A stretch of 64,000 nt of DNA from a bacterium (GTDB lineage: Bacteria; Patescibacteriota; Saccharimonadia; Saccharimonadales; SZUA-47), in contig JAUIBF010000002.1 in the NCBI GenBank assembly GCA_030428125.1, forward strand, positions 79,910 to 143,909, read 5' to 3'. Made by a program: the position numbers and the translations under genes. This document shows positions 61,301-64,000 of this stretch, piece by piece. Numbering within the stretch: position 1 is the first letter of the stretch; the number at the start of each line of letters is the position of its first letter. The notes under the pieces are model-generated. The model was not told the DNA's origin. It did no database searches and saw nothing but the letters and a program-made list of their open reading frames with translations.

Positions 61301-63502
61301 ATTGTGCAATCTGAACCCTGTACCCAAACTATAAAAATGTATGTCCGGGAGAAATGGAAAAATAATATGTCTCAAATAATTAACCCAATGGGTAAAGACA
61401 TTTTAAGAGTGTCCACAGAGCTTTGTGGACAGGAACTAACACTAGAAGTTAACCGTGTTGGTTTCCGTAGCAGTGCATCAGTAATGGTCAGCTACGGAGA
61501 CACAGTGGTTCTAGGAACTGCTCAAGTTAGCAACAGGTCTGTTAACTTAGATTACTTCCCCTTAAGCATCGATTACGAAGAAAAGATGTACGCAGCAGGA
61601 AAAATCAGCGGCTCACGATTCATTAAAAGAGAAGGCCGCCCGTCAGAAGAAGCTATCTTGATTGGTAGAATTATTGACCGACCAATTCGACCGCTGTGGC
61701 CAAAAGGCTACCGTGCGGAAATTCAGGGTATCGCCACAGTTCTTAGTACTGACCCAGCTTTCCGACCTGACATGATTGCTATGATTGCTGTTTCTAGCGC
61801 TTTGATGCTAACTGGTGCCCCATACGAAGGCCCTGTGGCTGGTTTGCGTGTTGGCATGACCGAATCAGGTGAGTACAAAGCTTTCATGAGTGCCGATGAG
61901 TACGATGAGAGCAAGCTAGACCTAGTTGTAGCCGGTACAGAAAACGGTGTGATGATGGTTGAAGCTGCTGCAAATGAAGCAACCGAAGAAGAAGTATTGG
62001 AAGCAATTGCATGGGCACAAGAAGCTATGCAACCTGCCGTAAAACTCCAGAAAGAATTAGCCGAAAAGGTTGGCGTAACAGCTCAGGAATACGAGCTAAT
62101 CAAACCAAACGAAGAAATTATGAGCTCGGTTGCTACTTGGTGTGAAGGTAAACTTGGTGCCAAACTGCGCAAAGACTACCCAGAACGAAATGCAATGATT
62201 GATGACATCCGCGAGGAAATGCACGCGCATTTCGAGAAGGAAGTTGGCGAAGAAGAGTACGCAGAAGTTAAGCACGAGTACTCAGAAGCTTTCCAGTTAG
62301 CAGTTCACGCTGACTCTAGGAAAGGTATTGTTGAAGAGCAAGTCCGACCAGACGGCCGTAAAATGACCGAAATCCGTCCATTATCTAGTGAAACTGGATT
62401 CTTGCCACGAGCCCACGGTTCAAGCATCTTCACTCGTGGTGTTACACAAGGAATGAACATCGTTACTCTAGCTCCATTGAGCTTTTCACAGATTGTGGAC
62501 ACCATGGAACGAGAAGGTGAACGACGTTACATGCATCACTACAATGCTCCAGGTTGGACCGTTGGTGAAGTTAAGCGATTAGGTTCTCCTGGACGTCGAG
62601 AAATCGGCCACGGCTACCTAGCAGAACGTGCTTTGAAGCCAATGCTTCCAGACGAAGCAGAATTTCCATATGCCATAAGAAGCGTCACAGAAATCATGAG
62701 CCAGAATGGTTCAACATCTATGGCGGCAACTTGTTCTAGCTGCTTAGCACTTATGGACGCAGGTGTTCCACTGAAGAGAATGGTTAGCGGTATCGCAATG
62801 GGCTTGATGCTTGATGGTGATAAGCCATTTGTATTGAGTGACATTGCAGACGCAGAAGACTTCGCTGGTGATATGGACTTCAAGGTTACTGGTACTTCTG
62901 AAGGTATAACAGCTCTACAGATGGATATGAAAGTTCACGGACTGCCGACAGAAATCTTGGCTAAAGCTTTGATGCAGGGTAGGGAAGGACGAGCAGAAAT
63001 ACTAGCTCACATGGAATCAGTGATTAACACGCCTAAGGATATAAGTCCTTATGCGCCACGTGTTGAATCTATCCAGATTAACCCTGATAAGATTCGTGAA
63101 ATCATCGGTAAAGGCGGTGAAACAATCCAGAGAATTACTGGTGATACAGGTACCGAAATTGATATTAAGGATGACGGTACAGTAATGATTGCTAGCCCAG
63201 ATAAGGCAAAGATTGATGCAGCTATGCAAATGATTAAAGACATCGTGGCTGAGCCTGAAGTCGGGCTGATTTACCACGACAAGCCAGTTGTGTCTGTCAT
63301 GGACTTCGGAGCATTCGTACAGATTCTGCCTGGTAAAGACGGTTTAGTTCATGTAAGTGAACTATCAGAAGAACGAGTAGAAAAAGTATCTGATGTAGTT
63401 TCAGAAGGCGACAAAGTAACAGTTAAACTTGTCGCAATTGATGACAGAGGTCGTCTGCAGTTGAGTATGAAGGCTGCTAAGCGCGAACTCGAAGGTAAGT
63501 AA
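61298..63502 (+). CDS. pnp: Polyribonucleotide nucleotidyltransferase (PNPase)
   Basis: Two RNase PH-like domains plus KH and S1 domains (DFGAFVQILPGKDGLVHVSEL). The start is either the leaderless-pattern ATG at 61298 or the internal ATG at 61367 (MSQIINPMGKD), which fits my recollection of homolog N-termini better. Confidence 0.95.
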   Translation: MIVQSEPCTQTIKMYVREKWKNNMSQIINPMGKDILRVSTELCGQELTLEVNRVGFRSSASVMVSYGDTVVLGTAQVSNRSVNLDYFPLSIDYEEKMYAAGKISGSRFIKREGRPSEEAILIGRIIDRPIRPLWPKGYRAEIQGIATVLSTDPAFRPDMIAMIAVSSALMLTGAPYEGPVAGLRVGMTESGEYKAFMSADEYDESKLDLVVAGTENGVMMVEAAANEATEEEVLEAIAWAQEAMQPAVKLQKELAEKVGVTAQEYELIKPNEEIMSSVATWCEGKLGAKLRKDYPERNAMIDDIREEMHAHFEKEVGEEEYAEVKHEYSEAFQLAVHADSRKGIVEEQVRPDGRKMTEIRPLSSETGFLPRAHGSSIFTRGVTQGMNIVTLAPLSFSQIVDTMEREGERRYMHHYNAPGWTVGEVKRLGSPGRREIGHGYLAERALKPMLPDEAEFPYAIRSVTEIMSQNGSTSMAATCSSCLALMDAGVPLKRMVSGIAMGLMLDGDKPFVLSDIADAEDFAGDMDFKVTGTSEGITALQMDMKVHGLPTEILAKALMQGREGRAEILAHMESVINTPKDISPYAPRVESIQINPDKIREIIGKGGETIQRITGDTGTEIDIKDDGTVMIASPDKAKIDAAMQMIKDIVAEPEVGLIYHDKPVVSVMDFGAFVQILPGKDGLVHVSELSEERVEKVSDVVSEGDKVTVKLVAIDDRGRLQLSMKAAKRELEGK

Positions 63503-63520
63503 ATTAAAAAGGAGAGTGGG

Positions 63521-63760
63521 ATGCCAAAGAAGACGGTCAAAAAACAAGACAATAGTGCTCTAATCAATCTAGGTTTTGGGTTGTTGGCGCTAGGTGTTTG
63601 TTACGGATTCGGCTCCTGGGCGATTGATAGTGGCAGTTTATGGCACTACGCATTCGCCTTCGCATCCTTCTACTTCGCAGTGCACTATTTGAAATTGGCT
63701 ATTAAGGGATGGTTAAAAACTAATGGCAAAAGCAAAGCAACTGGAAGAGCTAAAAGCTAA
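63521..63760 (+). CDS. Small membrane protein (79 aa)
   Basis: GGAGAG RBS and two hydrophobic helices. Confidence 0.5.
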   Translation: MPKKTVKKQDNSALINLGFGLLALGVCYGFGSWAIDSGSLWHYAFAFASFYFAVHYLKLAIKGWLKTNGKSKATGRAKS

Positions 63761-64000
63761 GATTATCGAAGACAAGGTGACGCCGGAGCTAGCCGAGCAG
63801 GCTGCTCAGTTAGTGTTTGGTGATGGAAGCCCTGATGCAGAAATAGTCTTTATTGGTGAAGCTCCTGGTAAGAACGAAGATTTGAAAGGCGTGCCGTTCG
63901 TAGGGGCAGCCGGGAAATTCCTAGATGAGATGTTAGATTCAGCTAATCTTCAGAGAAAGGATGTATACATAACGAATATCGTAAAATACCGACCACCAAA
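63723..64000 (+). CDS. Uracil-DNA glycosylase, family 4 (5-prime partial, runs off the window)
   Basis: Manual translation gives MAKAKQLEELKAKI...LVFGDGSPDAEIVFIGEAPGKNEDLKGVPFVGAAGKFLDEML, with the GEAPG motif. It is absent from the ORF track because there is no stop in the window. Confidence 0.8.
   Translation, partial: MAKAKQLEELKAKIIEDKVTPELAEQAAQLVFGDGSPDAEIVFIGEAPGKNEDLKGVPFVGAAGKFLDEMLDSANLQRKDVYITNIVKYRPP

Overview
This is a 64-kb chromosomal window with very high coding density: about 85 protein-coding genes, 3 tRNAs, and no rRNA. I found no CRISPR array and no recognisable transposase, integrase or reverse transcriptase. All calls come from manual reading of the ORF track and DNA, with no database search.

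Most of the content is housekeeping:
- Chaperones and envelope: groES-groEL behind a canonical CIRCE operator, and a MurE-like Mur ligase.
- Translation and RNA: tsaD, valS, argS, rlmH, orn, rpsT, and truB-rpsO-pnp.
- Replication and transcription: dnaG-rpoD, polA, holA.
- Repair and metabolite sanitation: tag, mutM, family-4 UDG, an FeS-type photolyase-like protein, HIT, YjjX-like ITPase, MazG-like, NUDIX, msrB and at least five HAD/histidine phosphatases.
- About 20 orphan proteins, many of them acidic, low-complexity, membrane or secreted.

A LPXTG-like substrate, a CarS-like DUF46 gene, the compactness and the many orphans suggest a reduced-genome Gram-positive-type lineage. I suspect Patescibacteria/Saccharibacteria-like, but that is inference only.

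Observations most worth follow-up:
1. A tightly packed operon (39578-43308, minus strand) encodes a TrmB-like wHTH protein, a 747-aa FtsK/HerA/TraB-like ATPase and a Cys-rich repeat protein. It lies next to a tRNA 3-prime-end fragment and a displaced copy of the polA start.
2. A lipid operon encodes a CDP-alcohol phosphatidyltransferase, a PHP phosphoesterase and an archaeal-type CarS-like enzyme.
3. The window shows a pervasive leaderless-mRNA architecture, with a -10 box 6-8 nt upstream of the ATG.
4. A conserved element of about 80 nt, with a promoter-like and hairpin core, sits upstream of tRNA-Arg, rpoD and pnp.
5. DnaG has all four zinc ligands replaced.
6. The tRNA-Arg carries an archaeal-style GCG anticodon.
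7. A 12-nt direct repeat of the tRNA-Ser 3-prime end brackets a structured 230-bp insert.
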